The translations under genes and the position numbers were made by a program. This document shows positions 23,633 to 37,045 of a DNA stretch of 64,000 nucleotides, piece after piece (position 1 is the stretch's first letter; every line of letters starts with the position of its first letter). This DNA is from Octopus bimaculoides (Eukaryota). Location: positions 18,075,275 through 18,139,274 of the forward strand of contig NC_068991.1 of assembly GCF_001194135.2 (NCBI RefSeq). The letters run 5' to 3'. The notes below the pieces were generated by a model that was not told the origin of the DNA, did no database searches, and saw nothing but the letters and a program-made list of their open reading frames with translations.

Positions 23633-24371
23633 CTCTAGATGGTTGACTGATCTGGGGGAGATGGCAGCCAAATCTCCTAATAGTCAAACCATACCATTTT
23701 AACAAAGGAAGCAACATATGATTTAGTCCCATATACCCTTAAAAAGATTGGTCACAGTTGCTGTTCAATCAGGATTAACCTGGGACTAAACAACTGAATC
23801 TAAACCCCTACCTGTTGACATTTGTGGTTAACTAAATACCAACAATTGATAATAATTGTGTTGAATGAAACTTATCTTATCCCCAGAACCTGACACTTTG
23901 ACAAGCAAAATTTTGATAATATTCCTATATTGTGTTGTTTACAGCTAACTGAAATTATTGTCGGAAAAAATAGCCACAAGACAAAGGCAGCTGAGATATA
24001 TTGACACAAACTGATATTTTTTTTTTTATCACAGAAGACTGAATCTTTAACATTCCTAGCAACAGCATTAGTTACTTTTTCTATCAAGCTTTCAGTTAGA
24101 TATTAAAGGGTAAAAAAAAACTCAAAATCAGAATATCCTCCCCCCAGTTATCAGAATACGAAGACATTACAAATGGAATGTGTCAATATTTCAAATGACT
24201 AAGCTTTAGCAAAACTTCAACTTTTGAAAAATATCTGATGGTATTTAACTAATTTACATAGCTATGACAGTCTATTATTCTACAGTGTCATTATTGAAGA
24301 CTTCATCTATATGTCATATATACAAATTGGTCTATCCAGTTTGTTTAAGCTCTTAGTTATTATTGGTTTAA

Positions 24372-24587
24372 TCCTTCAGCATTTAAACCAGCTGTACAAG
24401 TTAAGATATTTCATCCATTTTATGTTCAAACTGCCCAGATCCAGCCTCTCACACCTACTTTATGTCATTCTAAAAATAAACAGTCACATCATTGAAATAG
24501 CAAAGCTATGAGATAATGCATGGTTAATTCAAAACAGTGTCAATAAATAAGCAATACATTTGACAAAGAAATCTAAATGCTAAAGAG
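24372..24587. mobile_element. piggyBac-like MITE (diverged copy)
   Basis: TTAA-flanked; internal sequence matches 27358-27568. Confidence 0.65.
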
Positions 24588-25333
24588 TTAAAAGCAGTAT
24601 CTCTGTGGATAGTTAAAGAGGGTACTCAGTTACTGATGAAACCTTAAAACAAGATTGAGACTAGTCCTGCTAATTTCGTCTGTTTTCTAATGATATCGTA
24701 TATTTCACTGAGCATCGAAGATTTGCTAAAGTGGGAAAGAAACAAATGTAGTAATCTAACATGAAGGTCATAGCATAATAGAGCTGCTGGGAATAAAATG
24801 CAGTTATGTTGGTATGGACATAATGCAAATGCACAAGGAATGCTAAGTGACAAAGTTTTATATGTTGACAGTGAAAGTTAGCTGTGGTAGAGGAAGGTCA
24901 ATGATGAAAGGTAGGTGGGTGGATGAGGTGAAGTGAGATATCAAGATATTGAAACATACCAGATATAAAATCAAGGTAAGTGACGACCAGTTGTATTGTA
25001 CACCCAGCCAATCAACAAACAGTTAAAATAGGAACCATGATGAATTTTTAGCTCAGCTCTGCCACAAGTCATTTCATAGCAAGACACCCTTTTCTACTAC
25101 CTGTGTGTAATATATACTTGAAGTAGGGTTTTACTGAGGAGAATTACCTAGCAAGAGAGAGATTTATATTCAATTTGCATGAACTTTAAATGAACACCAC
25201 ATAAACTTTCTCACATAGCAACAATGAATTACTCATGTCTAAGCCAGTAAAAACCAATTGGTTGCTAATAGATTAAGGTGTGAAGATAGGTTAAAAAGAA
25301 ATATAATTTATAAGGCACATGGCCAAAGAGAAA

Positions 25334-25371
<38 letters not shown>

Positions 25372-25458
25372 GCATTACTACAGAATAATGCCACATACTA
25401 GACTTCCATAATAAACACATTTTTACCGAATGCGAGGAAAAGCAACCTTTTAAAAACA

Positions 25459-25634
25459 AACTCAACTATATATCAAACGATTTCACGATTATTAGAATAA
25501 TATCTAACTTCCGATCATCAGTATAGTATGGTACAAATATATAAAAATAAACAAAATTGTACCATACTATACTGATGATCGCAAATTAGATATTATTCTA
25601 ATAATCGTGAAATCGTTCAATATATAGTTGAGTT
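25459..25634. repeat. Near-perfect inverted repeat (78-bp arms, 20-nt loop)
   Basis: 25459-25536 versus 25557-25634, 4 mismatches. Confidence 0.92.
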
Positions 25635-25637
25635 CAT

Positions 25638-26440
25638 NNNNNNNNNNNNNNNNNNNNNNNNNNNNNNNNNNNNNNNNNNNNNNNNNNNNNNNNNNNNNNN
25701 NNNNNNNNNNNNNNNNNNNNNNNNNNNNNNNNNNNNNNNNNNNNNNNNNNNNNNNNNNNNNNNNNNNNNNNNNNNNNNNNNNNNNNNNNNNNNNNNNNNN
25801 NNNNNNNNNNNNNNNNNNNNNNNNNNNNNNNNNNNNNNNNNNNNNNNNNNNNNNNNNNNNNNNNNNNNNNNNNNNNNNNNNNNNNNNNNNNNNNNNNNNN
25901 NNNNNNNNNNNNNNNNNNNNNNNNNNNNNNNNNNNNNNNNNNNNNNNNNNNNNNNNNNNNNNNNNNNNNNNNNNNNNNNNNNNNNNNNNNNNNNNNNNNN
26001 NNNNNNNNNNNNNNNNNNNNNNNNNNNNNNNNNNNNNNNNNNNNNNNNNNNNNNNNNNNNNNNNNNNNNNNNNNNNNNNNNNNNNNNNNNNNNNNNNNNN
26101 NNNNNNNNNNNNNNNNNNNNNNNNNNNNNNNNNNNNNNNNNNNNNNNNNNNNNNNNNNNNNNNNNNNNNNNNNNNNNNNNNNNNNNNNNNNNNNNNNNNN
26201 NNNNNNNNNNNNNNNNNNNNNNNNNNNNNNNNNNNNNNNNNNNNNNNNNNNNNNNNNNNNNNNNNNNNNNNNNNNNNNNNNNNNNNNNNNNNNNNNNNNN
26301 NNNNNNNNNNNNNNNNNNNNNNNNNNNNNNNNNNNNNNNNNNNNNNNNNNNNNNNNNNNNNNNNNNNNNNNNNNNNNNNNNNNNNNNNNNNNNNNNNNNN
26401 NNNNNNNNNNNNNNNNNNNNNNNNNNNNNNNNNNNNNNNT
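25638..26440. other. Assembly gap (others: 1743-1967, 5196-5415, 31463-32191, 32902-32916, 33950-34312, 63057-63232)
   Basis: Runs of N, several flanked by (TA)n. Confidence 0.99.
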
Positions 26441-26449
26441 TAAGGCTTT

Positions 26450-26800
26450 CATCATCATCATTTAACGTCCGCTTTCCATGCTAGCATGGGTTGGACGATT
26501 TGACTGAGGACTGGTGAACCAGATGGCTACACCAGGCTCCAATCTGATTTGGCCGAGTTTCTACAGCTGGATGCCCTTCCTAACGCCAACCACTCCGAGA
26601 GTGTAGTAGGTGCTTTTACGTGCCACCGGCACGAAGGCCAGTCAGGCAGTACTGGCAACGGCCACGCATAAAATGGTGTATTTTATGTGCCACCTGCACA
26701 GGAGCCAGTCCAGCGGCACTGGCAACAATCTCGCTCGAATGTCTTTACACGTGCCAGGAAGGCAACACTGGGCACAGGTGCCATCACGATTTCGCTTTGA
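26450..26800 (-). mobile_element. Family C RTE-type 3' end
   Basis: Near-identical to 20732; contains internal ~60 bp subrepeats (tgccacc.gcac...gccagtc...ctggcaac). Confidence 0.8.
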
Positions 26801-27357
26801 ACCTGGAAAATAAGAGAGATGAAACTAAATATAATAATGCATTTATTCTGGCACTCTATTGTTGGCCATTTCCGGTAATAATTATTTTTAGAGCATTGGC
26901 ACAGCACAAGGCAACAAATATTGTAAGGAGGAATACAGTTAACATCAACTCCAGTACAAGACTAGTACTTATTTCGTCTTCCTTAGTGATATGAGACAAA
27001 CTCAGCAGGATTTGAACTCAGAATGTAAAGTAATATAACTAAATATTGCAAAGGATTTCATTTGATGCTCCACTGTTTCTGCCATGTCCTACCCCAATTG
27101 GCATGAACTTGATTATACTGACATAAGTTGAATATTTTAAGAAAATGGAGCGGCTGGGAGATATTGGAAGATGTGGCATTTATGCTTTTTCCACCGAAGT
27201 AAAGAGTGCCTTGAACTTGGAAAACACTTAGAATTCACAATTCACACTTGATGCAACAGTGTAAGTTGGGTGAGGGAAGACTGCTAATTGGAACGAATTC
27301 TCCCTCTGTATTAGTATGACTGATATCTATTATAACATATCAAACCAAAGAATTTAA

Positions 27358-27568
27358 CCCTTTAGCATTTAAACCGGCCAAAAGTATTCTGCCTGTTTTA
27401 TGTTCAAACTGGCCAGATCTGGTCTCTCACACCAACCCTACAATATTGTTTTAAAAATTAACAGCTACCTCATCAAAATCTCATACCTATAAGATAATGT
27501 ATGATTAGTTCAAAACAATGTAAATGAAAAAGCATTAATTTTGGCAGAATAATGTGAACACTAAAGGG
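27358..27568. mobile_element. piggyBac-like MITE
   Basis: TTAA|CCCTTTAG...CTAAAGGG|TTAA. Diverged copy at 24372-24587 and a left-end fragment near 4104-4155. Confidence 0.75.
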
Positions 27569-27834
27569 TTAAAAAAGAAAACAAAAAAAAAAACAATGTA
27601 AACCTGCATAACAAACAACAAATGCAACTCTATATTTCTGAGACGAGGAATTAATATCATGTATACTGTTTACGTATTATGTAACCGAAATGTAGTGAAA
27701 GCAACAATCAAGATGAGGACTACCATCTTGACTAATGTAAACAGTACACATAACAAGTGCTTAAAAATATCAAATTTAGTCGGCTTCAGTTACTCTGTAC
27801 AATTATTTCTAACACAGCTACAATTGATGAGGTT

Positions 27835-28234
27835 ACTCTTTTACTTGTTTCAGTCATTTTACTGCGGCCATGCTGGAGCACCTCCTTTATATTCAAGCAA
27901 ATCGACCTCAGAACTTATTCTTTGTAAACCTAGTACTTATTCTATCGGTCTCTTTTGCCGAACCGCTAAGTTACGGGGACGTAAACACACCAGCATTGGT
28001 TGTCAAGCAATGCTGGGGGAACAAACAGACACACAAACACACACATACATATATATATATATATACATATACGACGGGCTTCTTCCAGTTTCCGTCTACC
28101 AAATCCACTCACAAGGCTTTGGTCAGCCCGAGGCTATAGTAGAAGACACTTGCCCAAGGTGCCACTCAGTGGGACTGAACCCGGGACCATGTGGTTGGTA
28201 AGCAAGCTGCTTACCACACAGCCACTCCTGCACC
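27835..28234 (-). mobile_element. tRNA-derived SINE, family B
   Basis: Reverse complement of the 12069 copy over its full length. Confidence 0.9.
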
Positions 28235-29561
28235 TATGTTGTTAGTTGACTAAACCGATGGAAGTACTTTATCAATCCTAGAAGGTTGAAAAGCATAGTT
28301 CACTATAGTGGGGTTTGAATTCAGAATGTAACAGCATTTTCTCCACTGCTCTAATCGTTTTTCCAATTCCCCATATCTTTCTGTTTTTTGTTTTATGGTT
28401 TTTTTCTTCTTCTTAACATTGACACAAGGTCTCAGATTTATAAAACAGTATCATTGATTCAACTGATTCCCAATGCTTAATTGATATGCTTTTTATTGAT
28501 TATAATAGGATAAAAGGCAAAGTTGGAAACAGCAGGATTTTAATTCCGAAAGAATAACCATGAAATACCACTAGGTATTTTTTCTGCAACTATTGATTAA
28601 TAATAATTGTTTCTAAGGCATTAAGGCCAGCAATTTTGAAGAAGGGAGTTTGTTGAATAAATCAACCCCAGAGAAATGAAAGGCAAAGTTGACCATGGTA
28701 GGATTTGAACATAAAGAACTAGAACAAATATCACAAGGCACTGAGACATATGCCTTCATTAAAAAGTTACCTGCAGGTGGCTATGGAAGTTGAACCCATA
28801 TCCTTCAGATACTAGCCGAGTACTCTACTATTAAGCTAAACTACTGATCCTAAAAATCCCTAAAATTCTTAAAAACACTACTACTGCCCAGATCAGCCAT
28901 CCATCCATACATACAGATATACATTATATTACATACCTAATATGAGTGGTATAGGGTAGATTGATAAAGTACCTTGTGGCATTGTTTACATCTGTGTATC
29001 TGAATTCAAATCAGCCGAACTTTGCCTGCGATTCTTCCAAGGTTTATAGAATATGTGCTGGTTACATGTAATAGACTAAATATAATCAAATATATCTTTG
29101 AAGCCATGTCCCTGCAAAGCCAAAGTCCAGAATACAGTAAAACAACGTATGTCTAAACATCAAATCAAGATGGGATACCTTGCTATGGTTAGAACTGGTC
29201 ACTTGGTAGCTGAGTTGCTGAAGAATTATTCCAATGAAACTGTGGAAGCAAAAGGTTCAGTGAAAGCATATAAGGCATTGATGCATAATCCGAGAGAGAA
29301 ATTCTGTATTAGTTTAACTAGTAGCATCTTAGCAACAGATACATGGCTCGATTCATTTTTAATCTCAAACTGGTGTTTACACATGTACAATGTGAAACAT
29401 TGTTCTATATTTAAATCTTAACAAAATATGTATGAATATATATGCATGTATGTGTGTGTGTGTATATTTCTATCTATCTATATATATATGCGTATGTGTG
29501 TATATATATATATATAATATAGACAGCAGTGAGCAATGTTTTACCGAAAAGGAAAACTATA

Positions 29562-29714
29562 ATTATCACTAAACATGTTAGTGTTAGAAATACCTACATT
29601 GCTAGAAATAAGAGCTAAAATGCTTTAATGCTTTGACTGCAGCATTAGAGCATTTTAACTCTTATTTCTAGCAATGTAGGTGTTCCTAACACCCTAGTCA
29701 TATTTAGTGACAAT
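29562..29714. repeat. Palindromic foldback MITE (~70-bp arms, 8-nt loop)
   Basis: 29562-29632 pairs with 29641-29714; a half copy lies at about 62510-62598. Confidence 0.85.
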
Positions 29715-30013
29715 GATATATATACATATATAGTATTTAACAGTGGAACTTGAAGTAGATAAAACTAAAAATAATAGCATGTAGAATATTGGGTTAAAAA
29801 TTACTTGGATTGGCAGCCTTCAACTTTTTCCATCCAACGGTGTCATTTAACTCAAAATTTTACACTGTTATACACAGCTTTGTGTTCCACTGTTTAAATT
29901 AATTTATTTCATATCTCTTGAAGCTTCTAAATTCTTATGATGTTAGTAATATATATATATGTTTGCGTGTATATGTGTGTATATGCATATGTGTGCGTGC
30001 ATGTATATATATC

Positions 30014-30087
30014 TTTATTATATACTTTCGCATTTATAAATGAGAGAAAAAGTACTCAATACATGTATTACAGTATATTCCTTTATT
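30014..30087 (-). terminator. AKT: Candidate AKT polyadenylation signals (two AATAAA), implying an ~4.4 kb 3'UTR including gaps
   Basis: Minus-strand AATAAA at 30082-30087 and 30014-30019, at the end of a mostly non-TE, microsatellite-rich stretch downstream of the stop. Inference only. Confidence 0.35.
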
Positions 30088-30687
30088 TGAAGCTGTAGCT
30101 TCACTCCATCACTGCTCTGAGTTTCCTGAAGAACGGAAACAAGAAAATCAGAGTAAATACTCACACACACACACATACACACACATATATATATATATAA
30201 ATAGGAAGATGATGATGCTGCCAGTACCACTGAATGGGGCGGAGACAAAAGAAAAATTATGCACATCTCATTTGCATAGTATTTGATTTATTTCCTGCTG
30301 CTACTCCTTCCCCTTACTCTGCAGATTATTATTCACTTTATTGTTACTATCATCCTTCCGTGTGTTGTTGATGATACCATCTTCACTTCCAAGTTGTGTA
30401 ATCACGTCCTGTTGTGGACATCGTATTACTGTGCAAGGCACTTCGATCTTGTTTCAACATCATCTGTAAATAGAGAAGTTGTCTTCCTCATTATTTGTAT
30501 TTTCTTCTTGCACTGCCCCCAACATATTGGGCTCATATGGCCAAAGAAAGAAATGATTATTATAATTACCATTTTTATTTTTATTATTATTATTATTATT
30601 ATCATCATTAACATTATTATTATTATAGTAGAAATCAATATTTTGTTTGCTGTCAGTAATTTCTCATTTCCATCATCATAATTCCTA

Positions 30688-30739
<52 letters not shown>

Positions 30740-31165
30740 AATGTTTATTTGTTTATTTAGGCTTGTTATTTTAATGCAATTTTAAATACAGATCATTTAC
30801 TGGTTGGGTGACCCAGTACTCAAAGTGGAGACAAATTCTTCTTTAAAATTTATTTTGACTGTTTGCATGATAGCATATTCAATCAGACTGGTTGAACGAG
30901 CTGTCAGGCAAAACTTAAAGTCCTTTGTATGCATGTGTATGTGTGTGCATATGTGTGTGTGTGTGTGTGAAACTCTTATTAGTGTACTCACCACCATTAA
31001 ACTAAACCAAAACAATTCAAAACTCAACAATTGTTGCTGTTTAATTAGTATTTTTGTTTGTTTATTAGTTTGTTGTAGATGTTCAGAGGCAAGGTTCATA
31101 TGAGATCAATGCTAACTATACATAAAGGAGAGATTTTGCATTATTGCATAATAATAATAATAATG

Positions 31166-31210
<45 letters not shown>

Positions 31211-33239
31211 GAATTATTAAAGCATCAGACAAAATACCTTAAGATATTTGTTCCGGATCTTTCATTCTTTCAGGAGTTAATAAAATAAAGTACTGGTTGA
31301 GTACTTGATTTAATTGACTAATTGACTAATTGCAGCCTCTCTCAATTTTTAGGCCTTGTGCCTATGAAAGAAGCATTATCATTATCATCCTATAATTTTT
31401 GTTTTTAAAAAAAAATGCTTAAATAAAAAAAAAGAAGAGTAATTTGTAGTTTTATTTTTGTTNNNNNNNNNNNNNNNNNNNNNNNNNNNNNNNNNNNNNN
31501 NNNNNNNNNNNNNNNNNNNNNNNNNNNNNNNNNNNNNNNNNNNNNNNNNNNNNNNNNNNNNNNNNNNNNNNNNNNNNNNNNNNNNNNNNNNNNNNNNNNN
31601 NNNNNNNNNNNNNNNNNNNNNNNNNNNNNNNNNNNNNNNNNNNNNNNNNNNNNNNNNNNNNNNNNNNNNNNNNNNNNNNNNNNNNNNNNNNNNNNNNNNN
31701 NNNNNNNNNNNNNNNNNNNNNNNNNNNNNNNNNNNNNNNNNNNNNNNNNNNNNNNNNNNNNNNNNNNNNNNNNNNNNNNNNNNNNNNNNNNNNNNNNNNN
31801 NNNNNNNNNNNNNNNNNNNNNNNNNNNNNNNNNNNNNNNNNNNNNNNNNNNNNNNNNNNNNNNNNNNNNNNNNNNNNNNNNNNNNNNNNNNNNNNNNNNN
31901 NNNNNNNNNNNNNNNNNNNNNNNNNNNNNNNNNNNNNNNNNNNNNNNNNNNNNNNNNNNNNNNNNNNNNNNNNNNNNNNNNNNNNNNNNNNNNNNNNNNN
32001 NNNNNNNNNNNNNNNNNNNNNNNNNNNNNNNNNNNNNNNNNNNNNNNNNNNNNNNNNNNNNNNNNNNNNNNNNNNNNNNNNNNNNNNNNNNNNNNNNNNN
32101 NNNNNNNNNNNNNNNNNNNNNNNNNNNNNNNNNNNNNNNNNNNNNNNNNNNNNNNNNNNNNNNNNNNNNNNNNNNNNNNNNNNNNNNNNNNTAACTGAGG
32201 TATTTATAATTTTCACGAGTCTCGCCCGCCTGTTTTTGCTCCACTGAACTTTCTTTGAGAATTTCTAAGTGATCTTCTTCTAGCACATTAACAGTCCACT
32301 TTAGTGGTCTCTTTTATATACACATGTACTATAATCCTTTTGAGATCTCAGAAAATTTTTTCTGAATCTTCTGATTCTTTTAATGTGCTGGTTTCCTGGT
32401 ATTAAATTGATATTAATTAATATCAATTTTTTTTACCCTATTATGTTATATATATATATATATATATATATATGCATATATATGTGTGTGTGTATAAAGA
32501 GAGATAATTCAATGACCTGCTATTACCCAGTTGGCTACGAACTGTTTCAGGCAATTATGTTCTTTGAAGCCTGATGAGTGTTTTCATACAATTACGATAA
32601 AACTGCATGAAGCAATTCCTTAGCCAAATGCATACCAATAGGCTTATTGTATTACATTAAACTCTTACTGACCTGGTATTGAGTGCTTTTGTATTATGTC
32701 AAACACACACACACACATACGCATGTAATATATCACCAGACTTGGAGGCCCGCAAACATGGACCAACCCCGTACTCCTAATTAAACCATATATAGATATA
32801 TATTTTAAATAAAATAGAAATAAAAAAATTAAATGCAAAATATGTGGTTAAAAATTCTTAGCTGTGTTTCCATTAAAATTTTCAAACTTGTAAATTACAC
32901 TNNNNNNNNNNNNNNNTGTGTGTGTGTGTGTGTATTTGTGTGTGTGTGTGTGTGTGTGTGTAACTCATAATAGTTGTAATACTTGAATTAAAATTTGATA
33001 TCGCATTTTCCAATATATTTCTCTAAGGTGTTCATTTTAAAAAGACTTACTTTCGTGAGAAACAAACGAACAATAAAACAAAACAAGAAAATATATATAA
33101 AAAAAAAAGAATTCAGTGACAGTATGCTCATCTTACAGTGCCTATACATTTGTGTGTGTGTGTGTGTACATATATAACATACTTGTATTTGTCTATGTTA
33201 CTCAAATATGCCACTGGCCACTTTGAGTTATTTCTCTTA

Positions 33240-33340
33240 GCTCATTTTTGTGTGTATGTGTATGTATATATATACATATACACATGTGTGTGTGTATGTA
33301 TATGTGTATATATATACATATACACGTGTGTGTGTATGTA

Positions 33341-33392
<52 letters not shown>

Positions 33393-33425
33393 CATAAATG
33401 TCTGTGTATACATGTATGTGTGCAA

Positions 33426-33495
<70 letters not shown>
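33240..33495. repeat. Compound (TA)n/(TG)n microsatellite; representative of dozens of (TA)n, (CA)n, (AAT)n and (GA)n tracts
   Basis: Read directly; explains the YIYI, CVCV and poly-I/L ORFs in the track. Confidence 0.95.
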
Positions 33496-34483
33496 TAGAA
33501 TAGTAATCAAATTCTATTTAGGTTATTCATCACCAGGTTGACTAGGGAATGACATGGAAAATGAACAGTGAAAAAAAAAAAAATTTAAAATCCTTATTAT
33601 TAGTATTAATTGCGGTGGATGGCAGAAACAGCAGAGCAGCAGATTAAATGCCTTGCGGTATTTAGTTACATCCCTTTAGGTTCTGAGTTCAAACCTCAAC
33701 AAGTTCGATCTTGCCCCTTGCCTTTTTGTTTTTTTGTTAATTCAAAGACACTGACCTTTCTGATAAAACAAATGTCAGAAGAGGTGCTGTGGGAAGATCG
33801 ACCAAGCTGACTACATCCTTCCCACCAAAGCTTGCGACCTTTGAGCCAATGTTAGAAATCATCATCATCATCATTAATATTATTATTTTCATGTTATTGT
33901 TACAGTGTTAAATTGCAGATTGTAAAAAAAAAAAAAAAAGACAAAAGATNNNNNNNNNNNNNNNNNNNNNNNNNNNNNNNNNNNNNNNNNNNNNNNNNNN
34001 NNNNNNNNNNNNNNNNNNNNNNNNNNNNNNNNNNNNNNNNNNNNNNNNNNNNNNNNNNNNNNNNNNNNNNNNNNNNNNNNNNNNNNNNNNNNNNNNNNNN
34101 NNNNNNNNNNNNNNNNNNNNNNNNNNNNNNNNNNNNNNNNNNNNNNNNNNNNNNNNNNNNNNNNNNNNNNNNNNNNNNNNNNNNNNNNNNNNNNNNNNNN
34201 NNNNNNNNNNNNNNNNNNNNNNNNNNNNNNNNNNNNNNNNNNNNNNNNNNNNNNNNNNNNNNNNNNNNNNNNNNNNNNNNNNNNNNNNNNNNNNNNNNNN
34301 NNNNNNNNNNNNTCATTTTAAATTTTTTTTAGGGGAGGGGGTATTTTTCTTCCAAATAATTTTTTGTTAAATTATTATTATTATTAATATTTTATTATTA
34401 TCATTATTATTATTAATATTATTATTATTATTATAACATTTTGCTTCTTGTTGCCTGGTTTTTTTGGTTGTTTTTTTTTTTTG

Positions 34484-34720
34484 TTAAAATAATTCTGCAG
34501 TTGCTGCAGACGCGCTAAGATAGCTTCCCAAGCTACTTCTACTGCCATGATAGGAGAACTGTGAAAAATAGGGTAACTCGAACTCATCTTCTTCAATAGC
34601 CTCAAGGGGTGGAGTTATTGTCTGCGGTGGAGTGAGAGCAACAGGCTCACGGGCAAATTCCTCAGGGATGTATTTTGTATCATCAGCAGATTTCACATCT
34701 GGTCGCCATGGTGGTGTAAT
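34484..34720 (-). CDS. AKT: AKT terminal coding exon (237 nt; AGC C-tail, turn motif, hydrophobic motif)
   Basis: ITPPWRPDVKSADDTKYIPEEFAREPVALTPPQTITPPLEAIEEDEFELPYFSQFSYHGSRSSLGSYLSASAATAELF*; ttgcag| acceptor; hydrophobic motif FSQFSY. Confidence 0.97.
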   Translation of the reverse strand: MTPPWRPDVKSADDTKYIPEEFAREPVALTPPQTITPPLEAIEEDEFELPYFSQFSYHGSRSSLGSYLSASAATAELF

Positions 34721-35608
34721 CTGCAAATGGAAGGAAAGAAATTAATAAACACATACACACACACACACACACATATATGGACAGTGGATTGGCAAAACTG
34801 TTGGTGTTAGATGAGACGCCCTACAAGAATGATTACAACTTCCTGCCTTCTGACAGCATCCCCTGTGATAACACCAGTGCCAAGCTGTATCAGCCCTTCT
34901 TGAACAATATTTATAACATGGAGACGAGAGACTTATGTACAAGAATCAGCAGGTAAAGCATCTTCCTGAACCCTTTTGTTACCAAATTCCTGTCAGCCTG
35001 CACTGATTTTGTTGAATCTAATTTTGGAAATAATAAAGAATTTAGTAAAATAACTTTGTCATTATTTTTTAGTTAGTGTTGGGAACGAATTACCATGAAA
35101 TTTTGATGGTAAGTTTTAATCTAGATCACTTTAAAACAGAATCTGTGACATGGGCAGTTTCGAGTAGGTTGTGGTTAAATCACACCCTACCATCTAAAAC
35201 AGGCATGAGCAACCATTTTCGAGAAGTAAGTTGCATCAGATATGGATCATCATCAGACAGGCAACACTACTTAGAAATTTCAAGGCAATTTTTTTTGTTA
35301 CACATAACATTCAGAAAGTCCCATGGGGCGCAGGATAGCCAAGACTGATCTAAAACAAGAAGGAACACACTTGAGAAAATTTAAATAAGATGACCATGAG
35401 CAGAATGCAGTTCATCATAGGTCAGCTAGATCAGAGCAGACCTGAGGCTGAACAACAACAAAACCATGAGACAAAGATAAGAACAGAATATATTATCAGT
35501 TGAGAACTCATGGTAAGTAAAATTATGTCCCTTGTCTCAGTTCACAATAAAAAAAAATTGCTAACATAGTAGTGTGTGTGTGTGTGTGTAAGTGTTAGTA
35601 TATGTGCA

Positions 35609-35682
35609 TAGATCAAGTACCTGTAGAATACTTCACCATTTACATTAGATCAAGTACTTGTAGAATACTTCACCATTTACAC
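35609..35682. repeat. 37-bp tandem duplication in AKT intron
   Basis: tagatcaagtac(c/t)tgtagaatacttcaccatttaca(t/c) twice. Confidence 0.9.
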
Positions 35683-36616
35683 TATACTAGGTAGAGCCAT
35701 TGATTAAACAACATGGATAGTCTTCGTCAAAACTGACAGAGGATCCATTTAATCAAATTGGTAAGAAGTTTGATTCTGGAGGGTATATCAGCCGAAACAT
35801 TGTGTTAACAACAAACAAGATAAGGACAAATATCCGTCAATTGTAAATAATGTAAATAATGAACAGGACATTTGTACATCAGAGCCAGAGGCAGTTTCAG
35901 ATGGGTTGATATCAAAAGGGTTAAGTATGATATATAGATGACTATCATCCACATCATCACTTTAACATCCAGTTTTCCAATTTGCATGGATCTGACAAAA
36001 TTCTGAGGCAGATTTTCTATAGATAGACAATATTCCTGTCACCATCTTTTACCTGTTTGCAAGTAATGCTCATAGTCCTTTCAACATGGCCAGACATGTT
36101 TTCATAAAAGATTGATAATTACCACACAATGTCAAGGACACACACACACATTACAGACACAAAAGTGTTGTGAAGTGGCAGATGATAAAAGGGGCTTTCA
36201 ACAGTAAAAATCACACTGCCAAACAGATGGAATAAATAGATGTAGATTCTGTAGGGTGTACACAGGCAGTCCAGCTAAGGAAATGATAACCCTTAGTTAA
36301 AGAAAAAAAATCCAAAGTAACTTATACATGACAGAAGAAACTCATTAGTCCTGAGGATAGATGAGAGGCTTTATAGTTTCCTATTTTCTAAATTCACTCA
36401 CAAGGGTTTGGTTGGCCTGGTGACTTAGTAGAAAAAACACTTGCCCAAGGTGCCATGAGGAGGGATTGAACCTAAAACCTGTGGCTGTGAAGACAGTACT
36501 ATGACATATGCCAAAAAGAAGAAAGTAAGGTATTTAAGATTTTAAGATTCAAGATTTACAGCAACAAAGTCAGGGAAGAATAAGAGAAATTGTTATGCCC
36601 TATGTTCAATGTTTAC

Positions 36617-36704
36617 CTTTTTCTCAAGCAGGTCATGCCAATGAACAGGGGCAAAGAATTGGTGAGCCATTATTTCTTTGACATCGTCTTCACTTCCACC
36701 AAGC
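36617..36704 (-). CDS. AKT: AKT exon (88 nt)
   Basis: (R)LGGSEDDVKEIMAHQFFAPVHWHDLLEKK; cttgtag| and AAG|gtaaac. Confidence 0.97.
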
Positions 36705-36993
36705 CTACAAGGAAAAAATAAAACAAATAAAAAGCACATATAGGCAGCAATCAAGAGCAGTACAAAGTTTGAATTAGTCTGTTCATTTTATCATGTTATA
36801 TTCAGTTTTACAAGCTAGCAAAAGTGAGACAGATTTGGAAAAATTTGGACATTTTATTATTCTTGTAAAGAAAAAAAAGTGCAATTATTCTACAGTATCA
36901 GTTTCCTCCAGCTCAATACCAAGCAGATTCTATTAAGGTCACTAAAGGTTCTCTATGGATAAGATTTGTTACATACACAAATGCATACATATG

Positions 36994-37044
<51 letters not shown>

Positions 37045-37045
<1 letters not shown>

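Noticed and set aside
28770-28840. tRNA-like sequences here and at SINE heads
   Set aside because: A/B boxes only, no complete cloverleaf; these are SINE heads, not tRNA genes.
30435-30441. miR-124 7mer-m8 match (GTGCCTT, minus) in the putative AKT 3'UTR
   Set aside because: A single 7-mer in kilobases of unconfirmed UTR is within chance.
33138-33510. YIYI/CVCV and poly-I/L ORFs (also 6757-6964, 30283-30681, 31079-31288, 44777-44989)
   Set aside because: Translations of microsatellites.
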